From contig JAOLAV010000001.1 of assembly GCA_028338895.1 (NCBI GenBank), positions 9,315 to 73,314 on the forward strand: a DNA stretch of 64,000 nucleotides. The letters run 5' to 3'. Every line of letters begins with the position of its first letter. The first letter of the stretch is position 1. Of this stretch, positions 47,451 to 57,779 are shown one piece after another. The DNA comes from Fidelibacterota bacterium. GTDB taxonomy: Bacteria > Fidelibacterota > Marinisomatia > Marinisomatales > UBA1611. The notes under the pieces were generated by a model, which was not told where the DNA came from, ran no database searches, and was given only the letters and a program-made list of their open reading frames with translations. The position numbers were made by a program, and so were the translations under genes.

Positions 47451-48565
47451 AAAAAGACAAGAAGCTATTAAGTTGCTTTATTTTATTAAAAATATTTTTT
47501 TTATTTAGCTGTAATTCAAGTGTTCAAATTGAAAAAGATTTCAATGGTCGTTATTCCGCTATAGCTAATGACTTTATCAAAGATAAAACGCTAGAAATAA
47601 ACGAAGTCTTCTTAAACTATAAAAAGAAAAATTGGGTTCTCGAAGGTAAGACAAGCAATAAAAAAGTCTACACAGAAGTAAAATCTTATGCAGAATCCCG
47701 GTCTTATTTCTTTGAAGTTAATTTATTACCCGACACTCTACTAAATGATAGCATATATGGTTTAGTAAATGTGAGCGTTACTCCATTACGCCAAGAACCA
47801 AAGCATTCATCCCAAATGGTTGACCAAGTAATCATGGGAAACTACGTCAGATTACAGGAGCAAAAAGGAGATTGGTTTTTATGTCAATCTGAGTATGACT
47901 ATGTTGGTTGGATAAACAAAAGTGCTATTGTTCGCTGCGACGAGTTAACAGTGAAAAAATGGCTTAAAAATTCAAATTATATGATCCAAAAATCACATAG
48001 CACTATTTATTCAGAGCCAGATAAATCAAGTCTGCCAATCAGTGATATAATTTTAAATAATGTCGTTTGGGGTACAAAAACTATTAATAAATGGACAAAA
48101 GTTATTCTACCTGACAATAGGAAAGGATTTATTTTAACAGAAGATTTAATTTTATCGAATCAAATTAATCATCACCCAGCTGGGATTAAAAAGAGCCTCG
48201 CATATAAGGCAAAGCAACTAATTGGAACTCCATATATCTGGGGTGGAAACTCTTCAAAAGGGAGTGACTGTTCGGGTTTCACCCAAACAGTTTTCAAAGC
48301 AGTCGGATTATCCCTGCCTAGAGATGCTCGGCAACAAGCAGTCCTCGGGAAAAAAATTGATATTAATAATGCTCTTTCTGGAGATTTATTATTTTTTGGA
48401 GATGGTGAAAAAGTTACTCATGTAGGGATTAGTCTTGGCGATATGAATTTTATCCATCAAGGTGGAAAAGTCGATATTCATTCACTTGATTCTAACTCAA
48501 TTCTTTACAATGATTACAGAGCTAAGTCATTTATGTTTTTAAAAAGAATATTAGATGAGGGTTAA
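47447..48565 (+). CDS. SH3 + NlpC/P60 cell-wall peptidase lipoprotein
   Basis: Lipobox LFSC. YIWGGNSSKGSDCSGFTQ catalytic Cys and THVGI His. The start at 47447 overlaps the dacB stop (ATGA). Confidence 0.8.
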   Translation: MKKDKKLLSCFILLKIFFLFSCNSSVQIEKDFNGRYSAIANDFIKDKTLEINEVFLNYKKKNWVLEGKTSNKKVYTEVKSYAESRSYFFEVNLLPDTLLNDSIYGLVNVSVTPLRQEPKHSSQMVDQVIMGNYVRLQEQKGDWFLCQSEYDYVGWINKSAIVRCDELTVKKWLKNSNYMIQKSHSTIYSEPDKSSLPISDIILNNVVWGTKTINKWTKVILPDNRKGFILTEDLILSNQINHHPAGIKKSLAYKAKQLIGTPYIWGGNSSKGSDCSGFTQTVFKAVGLSLPRDARQQAVLGKKIDINNALSGDLLFFGDGEKVTHVGISLGDMNFIHQGGKVDIHSLDSNSILYNDYRAKSFMFLKRILDEG

Positions 48566-49401
48566 TTTTCAGACGATTTATTTAATTTATAAAACATTAA
48601 GCCATCAAATCTATAATTATCCTCATCTTTAAGATAACTCATTAAATCAACAGCTACCGTTTTATTATATTCTGATGAAGCGTGAAAAAATGTTCGTTTA
48701 TCTACTAAAAACCCTTCGTGCGCAATCACAAGACCTAACTTAAAGTAGCTTTTTTTTACAAATGCGATACCACATACTTCTGGTAATTTATTTAAAAGTT
48801 GTCTATCTAATTTTTCGATTGAGATATATTTTATTTCTTCTTTTGATGTCCAGTTTAAATTCAGAAAAGGTTGACCATTCTTTTTTTTATTTAATTCAAT
48901 CCTCACAGTCTCAAGATAATCATCATTTGCTATAGATGATGTGATATCAGGAGTTTGGGGATTGTTTAATAATCTATCTGAAGTAAAATGCCAGCGAGAT
49001 TCATAAGTGGCACTACTTTTGCCATCTTTATTTTTTTTATAATGTATATTTCGCATTACTTTTTTCGCTTCAAGATAACTAGAGCTTTCGGCAAAAGCCA
49101 TCGTTGTTAAAACATGGACAGTACAGTCTGAAGAGTCATTACGAATAATGGGGTCTTTATCTTGCCCACTTTCTTCACCAAGGCAATATAGGCCATAAGG
49201 CGTATTCAACCTCCATATGTTCAAAGCTTTTAGTCTGTTTAAATAATTAGGGTATCTTGATAGAAATTGAGGCAGAAATGTTTCAAATTCATCTTCTGAG
49301 AGCGTCCAGGGTTTTGGTAGTGTTTCAACCCAACTATATGAAGATGCAAACCCATTACATGAAAAAAAAAATAAAATAAAGAGTGAAAAAATTTTATTCA
49401 T
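48562..49401 (-). CDS. DUF1460 (amidase-like) lipoprotein
   Basis: Signal/lipobox FFFSC. ...DCTVHVLTTMAFA motif. Start placed at 49401, 2 nt after the upstream stop codon. Confidence 0.55.
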   Translation of the reverse strand: MNKIFSLFILFFFSCNGFASSYSWVETLPKPWTLSEDEFETFLPQFLSRYPNYLNRLKALNIWRLNTPYGLYCLGEESGQDKDPIIRNDSSDCTVHVLTTMAFAESSSYLEAKKVMRNIHYKKNKDGKSSATYESRWHFTSDRLLNNPQTPDITSSIANDDYLETVRIELNKKKNGQPFLNLNWTSKEEIKYISIEKLDRQLLNKLPEVCGIAFVKKSYFKLGLVIAHEGFLVDKRTFFHASSEYNKTVAVDLMSYLKDEDNYRFDGLMFYKLNKSSEN

Positions 49402-50677
49402 ATAAATGGTACTGCTTTTTTTCTCGATGAAAAAGTTCAATATCTTGTTTAATAATTCCACGGATAGAACTATGCGTATTTTCAATCATAAATATTTTTC
49501 TTACAGCACTAGTTCCCATTGCTTTATCGTACATTTTAATTTTTTCAGGCTTAGCCATTGAGAATGGATTTTTATCAGGATATAAAATATGATGAACTTG
49601 TAAAAAATAAAATTGTATTGAGTACAAATCGACTTCATTATAATCTGTAATATGGATTTGAACACCTCCAACAGATCTGCCACTGTATAAAGAATAGTAT
49701 GGGCTATAATCGATTGGTCTAAAAGTCACCCCCTTTAACTTTAATTCATTCATCTTTACTGAAATTAATTGAGAATTAATCCATGGTGCCGCAATAGTCT
49801 GGAATGGGATTGTATAACCAACTCCAATAGAAAAGACACCTAATTCTCCTAGAATTCCCGTTGCAACCATGAAATAAGGTGTTTTATCGTTTGGTACATG
49901 TGGAGATGTTGGCACCCAGTTTAAAAAGGTCTCTTTAAAGGATTTTTTGCGGGACCAATGAAGCATTTTTATCACTTCTAAATCACACTTTTTTTTACTA
50001 ATGAAAGACTTTTCATTGATGAATGTAGCCAATTCTCCGGATGTTAGACCATAAACGTAGGGTATTGGGTACATTCCAATAAAAGACTGATAATCCATAT
50101 CGAGTGAATTACCTTCAACTCTTATGCCTCCGAGTGGATTAGGTCTATCTAAAACTAAGAATTCTACACCGTTTTTGGCCGCAGCATCCATCGCTAAACC
50201 CATAGTTGAAATGTATGTATAAGATCTTATTCCAATATCTTGAATATCAAAAACTAATATATCGATATCTTTTAACATCTCAGCTGTTGGCGATTTTTCT
50301 TTTCCATAAAGCGAGTAAAACCTTAAGCCAGTTATACTATCTCTTGTATCTAATATTACCTTCCCAGCCTCTTCGGACCCTTTAAAACCGTGCTCAGGAC
50401 TAAAGACTGCTCTTAGATTAACGTTCCCAGAATTTTGAAACAAATCAATATTCTGTATTAAATTACGATCAACCCCTGTTTGATTCGTAATTAAGCCTAC
50501 TCTTCTTCCATTTAAAGCATCAAAATTATTTTGTGAAAGAATATCCAATCCTGTTAGAACTTTATTTACCTCTTTAACACTTGTAGTCGCTTGAGGGGCC
50601 GTTGAGCAACTGCCAATAAATAAAGACGCAAAAAAAATCATCATAAAAAAAACTTTTATATAATAATATCTTTTCAT
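49394..50677 (-). CDS. DUF1343 family, NamZ-like exo-beta-N-acetylmuramidase
   Basis: VGLITNQTGVD, FSPEHGF, DIQDIGIRSYTYISTM and LDRPNPLGG motifs. Lipobox IGSC. Confidence 0.75.
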   Translation of the reverse strand: MKRYYYIKVFFMMIFFASLFIGSCSTAPQATTSVKEVNKVLTGLDILSQNNFDALNGRRVGLITNQTGVDRNLIQNIDLFQNSGNVNLRAVFSPEHGFKGSEEAGKVILDTRDSITGLRFYSLYGKEKSPTAEMLKDIDILVFDIQDIGIRSYTYISTMGLAMDAAAKNGVEFLVLDRPNPLGGIRVEGNSLDMDYQSFIGMYPIPYVYGLTSGELATFINEKSFISKKKCDLEVIKMLHWSRKKSFKETFLNWVPTSPHVPNDKTPYFMVATGILGELGVFSIGVGYTIPFQTIAAPWINSQLISVKMNELKLKGVTFRPIDYSPYYSLYSGRSVGGVQIHITDYNEVDLYSIQFYFLQVHHILYPDKNPFSMAKPEKIKMYDKAMGTSAVRKIFMIENTHSSIRGIIKQDIELFHREKKQYHLYE

Positions 50678-50711
50678 TCGTGATTAAATTTATTCAATTT
50701 ATCTTTTATGT

Positions 50712-51758
50712 ATGACAAAATCTATTAAGCAAGAAATTGGTCAACTTATCATAGCTGGTTTTCGAGGAACCTCAATTAATAAAGAATCAGACATAGTCAA
50801 ATTTATTAATGATTATAACCTTGGCGGAGTGATTCTTTATGATGAGGATCTAGAGATAGGTGGCTCTGGATCAAGAAATATTAGTTCTCCAAAACAACTA
50901 AAAAAATTGGTAGCAGACCTACAAAGCATTACTGAAAAATCACTCCTTATTGCAGTAGACCAGGAAGGTGGAGAAGTCGAACGATTAAGGAAAATATATG
51001 GTTTTTCTGACACTCCATCATGGAATCAAATTGGATTATTAAATAGTAAATTAATGACGAAACAATTTGCCGAGGATATGGTTGAGGACCTTTCATCAAT
51101 GGGTATCAACTTAAATTTTGCACCAGTTATTGATTTAGATTATGGAGTCGGGACGGTAATATCTGATACAAAACGCGCATTTTCTCATGATACAGAAGTA
51201 CTTATTGAACATACTCGTATTTTTACGGAGGTACATCGTTCTAAAAATATTATCACATCTGGAAAACATTTCCCAGGATTAGGTTCAGCAAACACAGATA
51301 CACATGAAGGATATACCGATATAACGGAAACTTGGTCTGTTAAAGACTTACATCCTTTTAATGAATTAATTAAATCAAAAGATTTAGATACTATAATGGT
51401 CTCTCATGCTCTAGATAAAAAGCTAGATGATAAATTTCCAGCTTCTCTTTCAAAGAAAATAATCCAAGGAATGTTAAGAGAGGATCTAGGTTTTAATGGT
51501 ATTATCATATGTGACGATCCAAGTATGCGAGCAATTTCAGATCATTACAGCCTAAAAGAAATTTTCAAGTTAATGATCAATGCAGGTGTAGATTTATTTT
51601 GTCTTGGAAATAACCTGATTTACGATAAAAATTATATTCCAAAATCAATAGAAGCTATAACGAAGCTTGTGGAAAACAATGAGGTTTCTATGGAAAGAAT
51701 ACGAGATTCAATAAAACGTATAAATACTATAAAACTGAAATATGGACTAGATGTCTAG
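50712..51758 (+). CDS. nagZ: beta-N-acetylhexosaminidase (GH3)
   Basis: VDQEGG and KHFPGLG motifs. Confidence 0.8.
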   Translation: MTKSIKQEIGQLIIAGFRGTSINKESDIVKFINDYNLGGVILYDEDLEIGGSGSRNISSPKQLKKLVADLQSITEKSLLIAVDQEGGEVERLRKIYGFSDTPSWNQIGLLNSKLMTKQFAEDMVEDLSSMGINLNFAPVIDLDYGVGTVISDTKRAFSHDTEVLIEHTRIFTEVHRSKNIITSGKHFPGLGSANTDTHEGYTDITETWSVKDLHPFNELIKSKDLDTIMVSHALDKKLDDKFPASLSKKIIQGMLREDLGFNGIIICDDPSMRAISDHYSLKEIFKLMINAGVDLFCLGNNLIYDKNYIPKSIEAITKLVENNEVSMERIRDSIKRINTIKLKYGLDV

Positions 51759-52689
51759 TCAGTATATCTTGGGTGTTGATTGCGGAGCGACTAAAGTTAT
51801 TTCTCAATTAGCATTCTTTGATAAAAAGCTTGATTTAGTCTTCCCAAAAGGGAAATACTCTGAATTTTTATATTCTTCCGATGAAAGCTGGATTAAAAAC
51901 TTTGATCCAGTTCAAATAGAAATACAAAAAAAAGAACTCATCCAAAATAATATTTTATTATCAAAAAATGAAATCATTCAAGGTAATATGATTATTAAAA
52001 CTATTCAAAATGCTTTAAATGTTTCAAAAAATAAAAGAGTAAGTATTTGCTACCCTGGTATCAAAGATCATAATGGTGTCGTTATTATGGCTAATGGACC
52101 ACGAATCCCTTCTTTGAAGAAAATATTAAATCATTATAGTAATTTTTATAATGATTCAGACTGTTGCATTTTAGGTGAATGGAAATCGTCGGTTGGTAGT
52201 ATGTTAAATGTAACCGATGGAATGTATATCGGCGGTGGAACAGGAATTGCAGATGGGGTAATCATTAAAAACCAATTAATTGATTTTAACAATGAAAAAA
52301 AATTAAAACGATCCTGGGAATTAATGCACAACGGTAACTCAATTGAGTCTCTTTTGTCGCCTGCTGGAATGATTAGAGATTTTAATAATAAATTTAATAA
52401 AAATGTGAGAACCTTAGATCAGTTTATTGAATCAAAAAAATCTCTATTTATTTTAGAACAAGCAATTGAAGCTCTATCAATTTTAATTAAAGATAGAGTC
52501 AAATTTTTCAAATTAAATAAATCAAAACTAAGTCTAATAGTTATTGGGCAAAGACTTGGCTCTTTTTTATTTAATCAAAATAATCAAATTAAAGATATGT
52601 TCCAAGAATCTACAAAAATTCCTATGAAGTTCTCATTTGATAGAAGAACAGCGGCTCTTGGAGCAGTTTATAAATTTAATTGTACCTAA
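51751..52689 (+). CDS. BadF/BadG/BcrA/BcrD-type ATPase, putative amino-sugar kinase
   Basis: ILGVDCGATK phosphate-1 motif and GGGTGIADG. Sits between nagZ and SpoIID. Confidence 0.5.
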   Translation: MSSQYILGVDCGATKVISQLAFFDKKLDLVFPKGKYSEFLYSSDESWIKNFDPVQIEIQKKELIQNNILLSKNEIIQGNMIIKTIQNALNVSKNKRVSICYPGIKDHNGVVIMANGPRIPSLKKILNHYSNFYNDSDCCILGEWKSSVGSMLNVTDGMYIGGGTGIADGVIIKNQLIDFNNEKKLKRSWELMHNGNSIESLLSPAGMIRDFNNKFNKNVRTLDQFIESKKSLFILEQAIEALSILIKDRVKFFKLNKSKLSLIVIGQRLGSFLFNQNNQIKDMFQESTKIPMKFSFDRRTAALGAVYKFNCT

Positions 52690-52692
52690 AAG

Positions 52693-53943
52693 ATGATTAA
52701 GTATTCCATTGATCAAGAACCAATCATTTCAGTTGGTTTAGTTTTACCGAGCGACAAGCAAAAGGTGTTATTTATAATTGATTCCAAAAATAAAAAGAGC
52801 TACAAAATAAAATGTCAGAATAATAATCTTTATGTTAATGATGTATTAGTCGATTTTTTTGAACTGAAAAATGAGGATAATCAAGATATTTTTTCAGTCA
52901 ATGATATCCCTGCAGGAAGAGGGTTTCATTGGAAAAAAAGTATTGCTATAAAAGTAAAAGGATCTTTAAAAGTAACAGTTATTGTTAACTCTCTTTTTTT
53001 AACAAATTATATACCTATTGAATCGTATCTAATGTGTGTAGCAACATCAGAAATGAGCGGAAAATGTCCTATTCCATTACTTGAATCTCAAACAATAGCT
53101 GCTCGATCTTGGCTTTTAGCAGCGGTTGAAAAAAAGCATCAAAACTTAGGTCTCGATGTATGCAATGATGATTGCTGTCAAAGGTATCAAGGTATCAATC
53201 AATTAACCCAGTCTGCAATTAATGCTTCAAAAAACACACGTGGAAATGTTTTGTTTTCTGATACAGAAATTTGCGATACACGATATTCAAAGTCCTGTGG
53301 TGGCTTTTCTGAAAATAATCAGAATGTTTGGAAGACTCCATCAAAAACATATCTTCAAGGTCTCTATGATAATCAGAATGAGAAAATGTATAATTTAGAG
53401 GATGAAGATTCTTTTATTCAATGGATTAAGAGCCCTCCCTCAGCTTTTTGTAACAATCAAAATATTGATGAGAAAGAATTGAAATATTACTTAGGAACAG
53501 TTGATGAAAAAGCCAGCTATTTCCGATGGAGATTCAATTTTTCACAAGTAGAAATCACGAAGATAATTAATAAAAAAATGGGATTAAATTGTGAAAATAT
53601 TTTATCTATCATACCGATTAAACGTGGAGTTTCTGGTAGAATTATAAAATTAGAAATTATTGCTTCCTCAAAAAATAAAGTTATTGAATTCTTATTAAAC
53701 AGTGAATATGAAATTAGAAGAGTCTTACATACTGACTTTCTATACAGTTCTGCATTTATAGTTGAAACCACAATTATTGATAATCCCATTCCAACAAATT
53801 TTATATTAAGGGGTGCTGGATGGGGACATGGCGTTGGGCTATGCCAAATTGGAGCGCTAGGTATGGCTTTAAAAGGTAAAAAAACAAATGAAATATTATC
53901 TCACTATTTTTCATCAACGGAGCTAAAAAAAATATATGACTGA
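52693..53943 (+). CDS. SpoIID/LytB domain protein
   Basis: ARSW..., CNDDCCQRYQG and GAGWGHGVGLCQIGA motifs. Confidence 0.75.
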   Translation: MIKYSIDQEPIISVGLVLPSDKQKVLFIIDSKNKKSYKIKCQNNNLYVNDVLVDFFELKNEDNQDIFSVNDIPAGRGFHWKKSIAIKVKGSLKVTVIVNSLFLTNYIPIESYLMCVATSEMSGKCPIPLLESQTIAARSWLLAAVEKKHQNLGLDVCNDDCCQRYQGINQLTQSAINASKNTRGNVLFSDTEICDTRYSKSCGGFSENNQNVWKTPSKTYLQGLYDNQNEKMYNLEDEDSFIQWIKSPPSAFCNNQNIDEKELKYYLGTVDEKASYFRWRFNFSQVEITKIINKKMGLNCENILSIIPIKRGVSGRIIKLEIIASSKNKVIEFLLNSEYEIRRVLHTDFLYSSAFIVETTIIDNPIPTNFILRGAGWGHGVGLCQIGALGMALKGKKTNEILSHYFSSTELKKIYD

Positions 53944-55774
53944 TACAATTACATTACACTGGGTTGATTGGACAATAATAATTACGTACATTATTTTTTC
54001 TTTAGGTGTAGGGATCTACTTCTCAAAAAGAGCAGCAAAAAATACTGAAGAGTATTTTCTGTCAGGTAGATCACTTCCATGGTGGCTTGTTGGAACATCC
54101 ATGGTTGCAACAACTTTTGCTGCTGATACTCCTCTTGCCATAACTGAGTTTGTTCGAGGACCTGGAATATGGGAGAATTGGTTTTGGTGGAACCTATTAA
54201 TGGGTTCTCTTTTAGGCGTTTTTCTTTTTTCTAGATTATGGAGAAGAGCCGAAGTTTTAACAGATAATGAACTACTAGAAATACGATATAGTGGAAAACC
54301 GGCTGCTTTTTTGCGGATATTTAAAGCTAGCTATTTTTCTATTTTATACAATTTTATCGTTATGGGATGGGTTATAAATGCAATGGCTTCTATTGTTTCA
54401 GTGATGCTAAATATGGATAAATGGACCGCTGTCTGGCTCTGTGTTTTAATTGCACTTGTCTATGCTATTTTATCCGGATTTTGGGGTGTTGTTGTTACGG
54501 ACCTTGTTCAATTTGTAATTGCGATGTTTGGATCTATATCACTTGCAATAATTGCTGTAAACCATGTTGGAGGTATGGAGTCTCTTTTAAATCAAATTTC
54601 TAATCTTATGGGTACAGATGCAGTTAACGAAAACACCTTGAAGTTTATACCTCCTCTACCAATTGAAAGCGTTACAACGATGACCTTTTGGGAGTCACCT
54701 TTTTCAAAATTTTTAATTTTCATTACAATTATGTGGTGGTCTCATCATGGTACCGATGGTGGTGGTTATATTATTCAAAGAATGTCATCGGCTAAGAATG
54801 AACGACATGCTCTCTTGGCAACTTTATGGTTTAATGTTGCTCACTATTCGCTCAGAGTCTGGCCGTGGATTATTGTTGCAGTAGTCTCCATCGTATTATT
54901 CCCTATTATTCCAAATGAATATTCTGAACTTGGGGTTAAGGCAGGCTACCCTTTAGTTATGAACAGCCTTCTCGGCCCGGGTATGAAAGGTATTTTAATC
55001 GTTTCTTTTCTTGCCGCTTTTATGTCCACAATAGATACTCATCTTAATTGGGGGGCATCTTATTTGATTAATGATATATATAAACGTTTTTTAAAGCCAA
55101 ATGAATCTGAGCGTCATTACGTGTTGGTTGGAAAAGGCTTTACCGTGATCTTAATGATTCTTGCCGCATTTACATCCTTAAAAATGCAGAGTATTTCAAA
55201 AGCGTGGGAATTTATATTTTCAATGGGTGCAGGTATTGGTCTTGTTTTAATTCTAAGATGGTTTTGGTGGCGTGTAAATGCATGGACAGAAATAACAGCA
55301 TTAGCGGTTTCTATAATGACAACTATTACTTTGGAAATTATTGCAAGTTATCAAACGATTAGTTCTGGAAATGAATATACATTATTCGGAGAAGCTCCAA
55401 TATTATTTGGTATTTCATTACAAATACACCATAAACTCATGATTATTGTCCCTTTATCCATAATCAGTTGGTTGATCATGACTTTTATGACAAATCCTGA
55501 GCCAACAGAAAAATTACAAGAGTTCTATAAAAGAGTTCAACCTGGTGGATGGTGGGGACCAATTTCAAAAGATTTCAAACATACAATGCAACCTGTTAGC
55601 AAAGGTTTTTTGATACAATGGATTGCGGGTGTTCTAATGATTTATGGCCTTACCTTTGGAATAGGGAATTTACTATTTATAAACTACAGTACCGCTATAT
55701 TATGCTTCGGATGTGCTGCTATTGGGTCTTATCTAGTTTGGAATAGAAGCTTATCTAAGCTTGATAATGTCTAA
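53936..55774 (+). CDS. sodium:solute symporter family transporter
   Basis: About 13 TM segments. SSF-like GRSLPWW..G.S..AT.FAADTPL N-terminus. Confidence 0.75.
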   Translation: MTDTITLHWVDWTIIITYIIFSLGVGIYFSKRAAKNTEEYFLSGRSLPWWLVGTSMVATTFAADTPLAITEFVRGPGIWENWFWWNLLMGSLLGVFLFSRLWRRAEVLTDNELLEIRYSGKPAAFLRIFKASYFSILYNFIVMGWVINAMASIVSVMLNMDKWTAVWLCVLIALVYAILSGFWGVVVTDLVQFVIAMFGSISLAIIAVNHVGGMESLLNQISNLMGTDAVNENTLKFIPPLPIESVTTMTFWESPFSKFLIFITIMWWSHHGTDGGGYIIQRMSSAKNERHALLATLWFNVAHYSLRVWPWIIVAVVSIVLFPIIPNEYSELGVKAGYPLVMNSLLGPGMKGILIVSFLAAFMSTIDTHLNWGASYLINDIYKRFLKPNESERHYVLVGKGFTVILMILAAFTSLKMQSISKAWEFIFSMGAGIGLVLILRWFWWRVNAWTEITALAVSIMTTITLEIIASYQTISSGNEYTLFGEAPILFGISLQIHHKLMIIVPLSIISWLIMTFMTNPEPTEKLQEFYKRVQPGGWWGPISKDFKHTMQPVSKGFLIQWIAGVLMIYGLTFGIGNLLFINYSTAILCFGCAAIGSYLVWNRSLSKLDNV

Positions 55775-56879
55775 CCCCAGAAGAATTGATTCGATTGATA
55801 TCTTTAGAGGGATAACTATCTCTTTGATGATAATTGTCAATAATCCCGGAAGCTGGGGGAGTGTTTACTCACCATTCTTACATGCCAAATGGCATGGGTG
55901 TACTTTAACTGATTTAGTCTTTCCATTCTTTTTATTTCTAGTTGGGGCTTCTACGCGATTTGCATTTGTCCGATGGCATTATTATGCATCTAAACAATTT
56001 TATCAACATATTTTTTGGCGCTCGTTTTCTATTTTTATGGTTGGAATACTTTTAAATGCTTTTCCTTTTATACGGCAAGACTGGGATTGGACAACATTTC
56101 GAATTATGGGAGTGTTACAAAGAATTGCAATTGCTTATGGAATTAGCTCTCTTTTGATTATTTGGTATGACTTTAAAACTCTGGTGAAAATCATTTGTTC
56201 TCTTTTACTCTTTTATTGGGCTGCATTATTTTTTGGTGGATCTGGTGATCCCTATAGTCTTGAAACCAATTTTTCTCGAAATTTTGATATATTTATCTTT
56301 GGTGAGAAACACCTATATCAAGGTTTTGGTTTAAGTTTTGATCCAGAAGGAATTTTTAGTACAATACCTTCTATCGCAACTGTACTCATTGGATATTTAA
56401 TGGGTGGTATGCTTCACACAACTAAAAACTATAACGATTGCACTAAAAGAATGGCTGTATTTGGCTTTACCCTTGTAATTATTGGTTATATATGGGGGTT
56501 TATTTTCCCTATAAATAAACCACTTTGGAGCAGCTCTTATGTTCTTTTTAGTGGAGGAATTGCTGCCTTGATACTTGCTCTACTCACTTACCTTATTGAT
56601 ATTAAAAATTTCAAAAAGCCGTTCTGGTTTTTTAAAATATTTGGGACAAATTCAATTTTTCTATTTTTATTATCTGGTTTGTGGACAAAAACTATTTTAT
56701 CAATACAATTAAATCTTGATGGTAAAATGGTTAATGGATACCACTATTTATTCAAAACAATTTTCTTACCCCTGGCTGGAAGTTTTAATGGTTCATTATT
56801 ATTTGCTCTAGCACATCTTATTGGTTTTTGGCTTATTTTATTATGGATGTATAAAAAAGAAATTAGAATAAAATTATAA
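55761..56879 (+). CDS. HGSNAT-like / DUF5009 membrane acyltransferase
   Basis: RIDSIDIFRGITISLMIIVNNPGSW N-terminal signature. Polytopic. Confidence 0.65.
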   Translation: MIMSNPRRIDSIDIFRGITISLMIIVNNPGSWGSVYSPFLHAKWHGCTLTDLVFPFFLFLVGASTRFAFVRWHYYASKQFYQHIFWRSFSIFMVGILLNAFPFIRQDWDWTTFRIMGVLQRIAIAYGISSLLIIWYDFKTLVKIICSLLLFYWAALFFGGSGDPYSLETNFSRNFDIFIFGEKHLYQGFGLSFDPEGIFSTIPSIATVLIGYLMGGMLHTTKNYNDCTKRMAVFGFTLVIIGYIWGFIFPINKPLWSSSYVLFSGGIAALILALLTYLIDIKNFKKPFWFFKIFGTNSIFLFLLSGLWTKTILSIQLNLDGKMVNGYHYLFKTIFLPLAGSFNGSLLFALAHLIGFWLILLWMYKKEIRIKL

Positions 56880-57779
56880 ATGAAATTTCTTCTCTCGGCC
56901 ATTTCATCCTTTTTTTTATTAATTGGTGATGAAGATCCATATGTCGTCATTCTTGGGATAACCCAAGATGGTGGTTATCCTCAAGCAGGATGCATTAAAA
57001 GTTGTTGTAAAGATCTTTGGGGAGTTAATTCTAAAAAAGTATCTTGTATTGGTATAGTCGATCCTCCTTCAAAAAAAAGCTGGATGGTAGATTCTACACC
57101 AGACTTCCCGGAGCAATACCATATTCTCAAAGAACATCATCAATCCAAAATTGAAGGTATATTTCTTACACATGCTCATATGGGACACTATACAGGCCTA
57201 TTGAACTTTGGAAAAGAAGTAATGGGATCTAATAAAATATCTGTTTTCACTATGCCGAAAATGAAACTCTTTTTAACAAATAATGCCCCTTGGAGCCAAT
57301 TAATTAAAATAAATAATATTGAACTTATACCAATATTCAAAGATCGAGAAATTCAATTAAATAGTCATTTAATTATAGAACCAATACTTGTACCACATAG
57401 AGATGAGTTTTCTGAGACTGTAGGTTTTAAAATAATGGGTAGTAAAAAGTCTCTTGTATATATTCCAGATATCGATAAATGGAATGTTTGGGAGCGAGAT
57501 ATTATTAAAATTATTTTAAATAATGATTTTATTTTAATTGACGGAACTTTTTATGCAAATAATGAAATTCCTAACCGTGATATGAGTATGATCCCTCATC
57601 CCTTCATTACGGAATCAATGGAACTATTTTCGACCCTTAACACGATAAATCGAAACAAAGTTTATTTCATCCATTTAAACCATACAAATCCCGCAATAAA
57701 AAATAATAGCGCTGCTTTTAATAGAATAAGATCTAAAAGGTTTAATATTGCCCAGGAAGGTCAAAAGTTTAATCTATGA
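56880..57779 (+). CDS. MBL-fold metallo-hydrolase (PqqB-like)
   Basis: ILGITQDGGYPQAGC and THAHMGHYTGL motifs. Confidence 0.5.
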   Translation: MKFLLSAISSFFLLIGDEDPYVVILGITQDGGYPQAGCIKSCCKDLWGVNSKKVSCIGIVDPPSKKSWMVDSTPDFPEQYHILKEHHQSKIEGIFLTHAHMGHYTGLLNFGKEVMGSNKISVFTMPKMKLFLTNNAPWSQLIKINNIELIPIFKDREIQLNSHLIIEPILVPHRDEFSETVGFKIMGSKKSLVYIPDIDKWNVWERDIIKIILNNDFILIDGTFYANNEIPNRDMSMIPHPFITESMELFSTLNTINRNKVYFIHLNHTNPAIKNNSAAFNRIRSKRFNIAQEGQKFNL

